Assembly (NCBI GenBank): GCA_001783215.1
Contig: MFRA01000005.1
Coordinates: forward strand, 29,845 to 93,844
DNA from: Candidatus Magasanikbacteria bacterium RIFOXYD1_FULL_40_23
GTDB taxonomy: Bacteria; Patescibacteriota; Patescibacteriia; Magasanikbacterales; GWA2-37-8
Reading direction: 5' to 3'
DNA length: 64,000 nucleotides
How positions within the stretch are numbered: the first letter of the stretch is position 1; the number at the start of each line of letters is the position of its first letter. Positions 63,647 through 64,000 of the stretch are shown here, piece by piece. A program made the position numbers and the translations under genes. The notes below the pieces were generated by a model, which was not told the origin of the DNA, searched no databases, and worked only from the letters and a program-made list of their open reading frames with translations.

Positions 63647-64000
63647 TTATACTTCTGATTTTGGCGATTCTATTTCTTGTTCTTGCAGAGAGGTATTTTT
63701 ATTTTTTCTCAACGAGAATAGGCTCATACTAAATAGTAGGGTAGAGGTAGTAGCAGAAACCATGCAGTATATACACAAAGCTTTGATAACAAATATTTGT
63801 AGATATACGAATCGTGCGGAGACTAAGAATCCAAAGAAAGTAAGAATATTTGCGAGAAGGAAAAATGTTCTGTTTTTACTCTCTAGGTATATAGCGGTAA
63901 GTAATAAAACAGACAGGTAATAAAGAGATCCTGCCAACGCTACAGGTTGTCCAAAAAACAAAGAGTAGTGGCTAGTAGTTACTTGTTCGCAACCTTTTAG
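63647..64000 (-). CDS. VKOR-like (CxxC in TM) membrane protein, probably 5'-partial at the window edge
   Basis: ALCIYCMVSA in a TM helix. The ORF is open toward the window end. Confidence 0.3.
   Translation of the reverse strand, partial: LKGCEQVTTSHYSLFFGQPVALAGSLYYLSVLLLTAIYLESKNRTFFLLANILTFFGFLVSARFVYLQIFVIKALCIYCMVSATTSTLLFSMSLFSLRKNKNTSLQEQEIESPKSEV

Noticed and set aside
1-64000. CRISPR arrays, IS elements and prophage structural genes
   Set aside because: No regularly spaced direct repeats with unique spacers, and no transposase, integrase or capsid/terminase-like ORFs were seen. The only repeat families present are the leader element, the family-R palindromic units and the two large structured repeats.

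Overview
This is a low-GC (about 38-40%) bacterial chromosomal segment whose genes mostly lack Shine-Dalgarno (SD) sequences; a Patescibacteria/CPR-like small-genome lineage is a tentative guess based on the H+-PPase, lamin-tail surface protein and many small hypotheticals. It contains the replication-origin neighbourhood: yidD, rnpA and rpmH on the minus strand, divergent from dnaA-oriC-dnaN on the plus strand. Housekeeping genes include hppA, tig, nfo, PBP1A, a cyclophilin, comM/yifB, lspA, dksA-family, guaB, aqpZ, nudix, alkA-like, msrB, uppP, trhO, ribE and a malic enzyme. There are two tRNA-Ser genes. A roughly 10-kb copper-homeostasis island sits on the minus strand (csoR-copA, an HMA-DsbD_2 membrane protein, a CusBA-like HME-RND pump, Met-rich and cupredoxin-like secreted proteins) with two CsoR-type operators. 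Several compositionally foreign GC-rich islets carry genes with strong SD sequences, in contrast to the SD-less host genes. Noncoding highlights follow. (1) An approximately 85-nt leader element (conserved -10 hexamer / Box1 / variable hairpin / Box2 / ATG) occurs in seven copies, six directly abutting start codons, mainly in the copper island. (2) An approximately 430-nt structured repeat occurs in two copies, with compensatory base changes in conserved hairpins. (3) A dispersed family of GTCATCC...GGATC palindromic units sits at gene 3' ends. (4) A second dense DnaA-box cluster lies 11 kb from oriC. (5) A 42-bp perfect palindrome lies next to a CsoR operator. No CRISPR array or recognisable transposase/integrase was seen.
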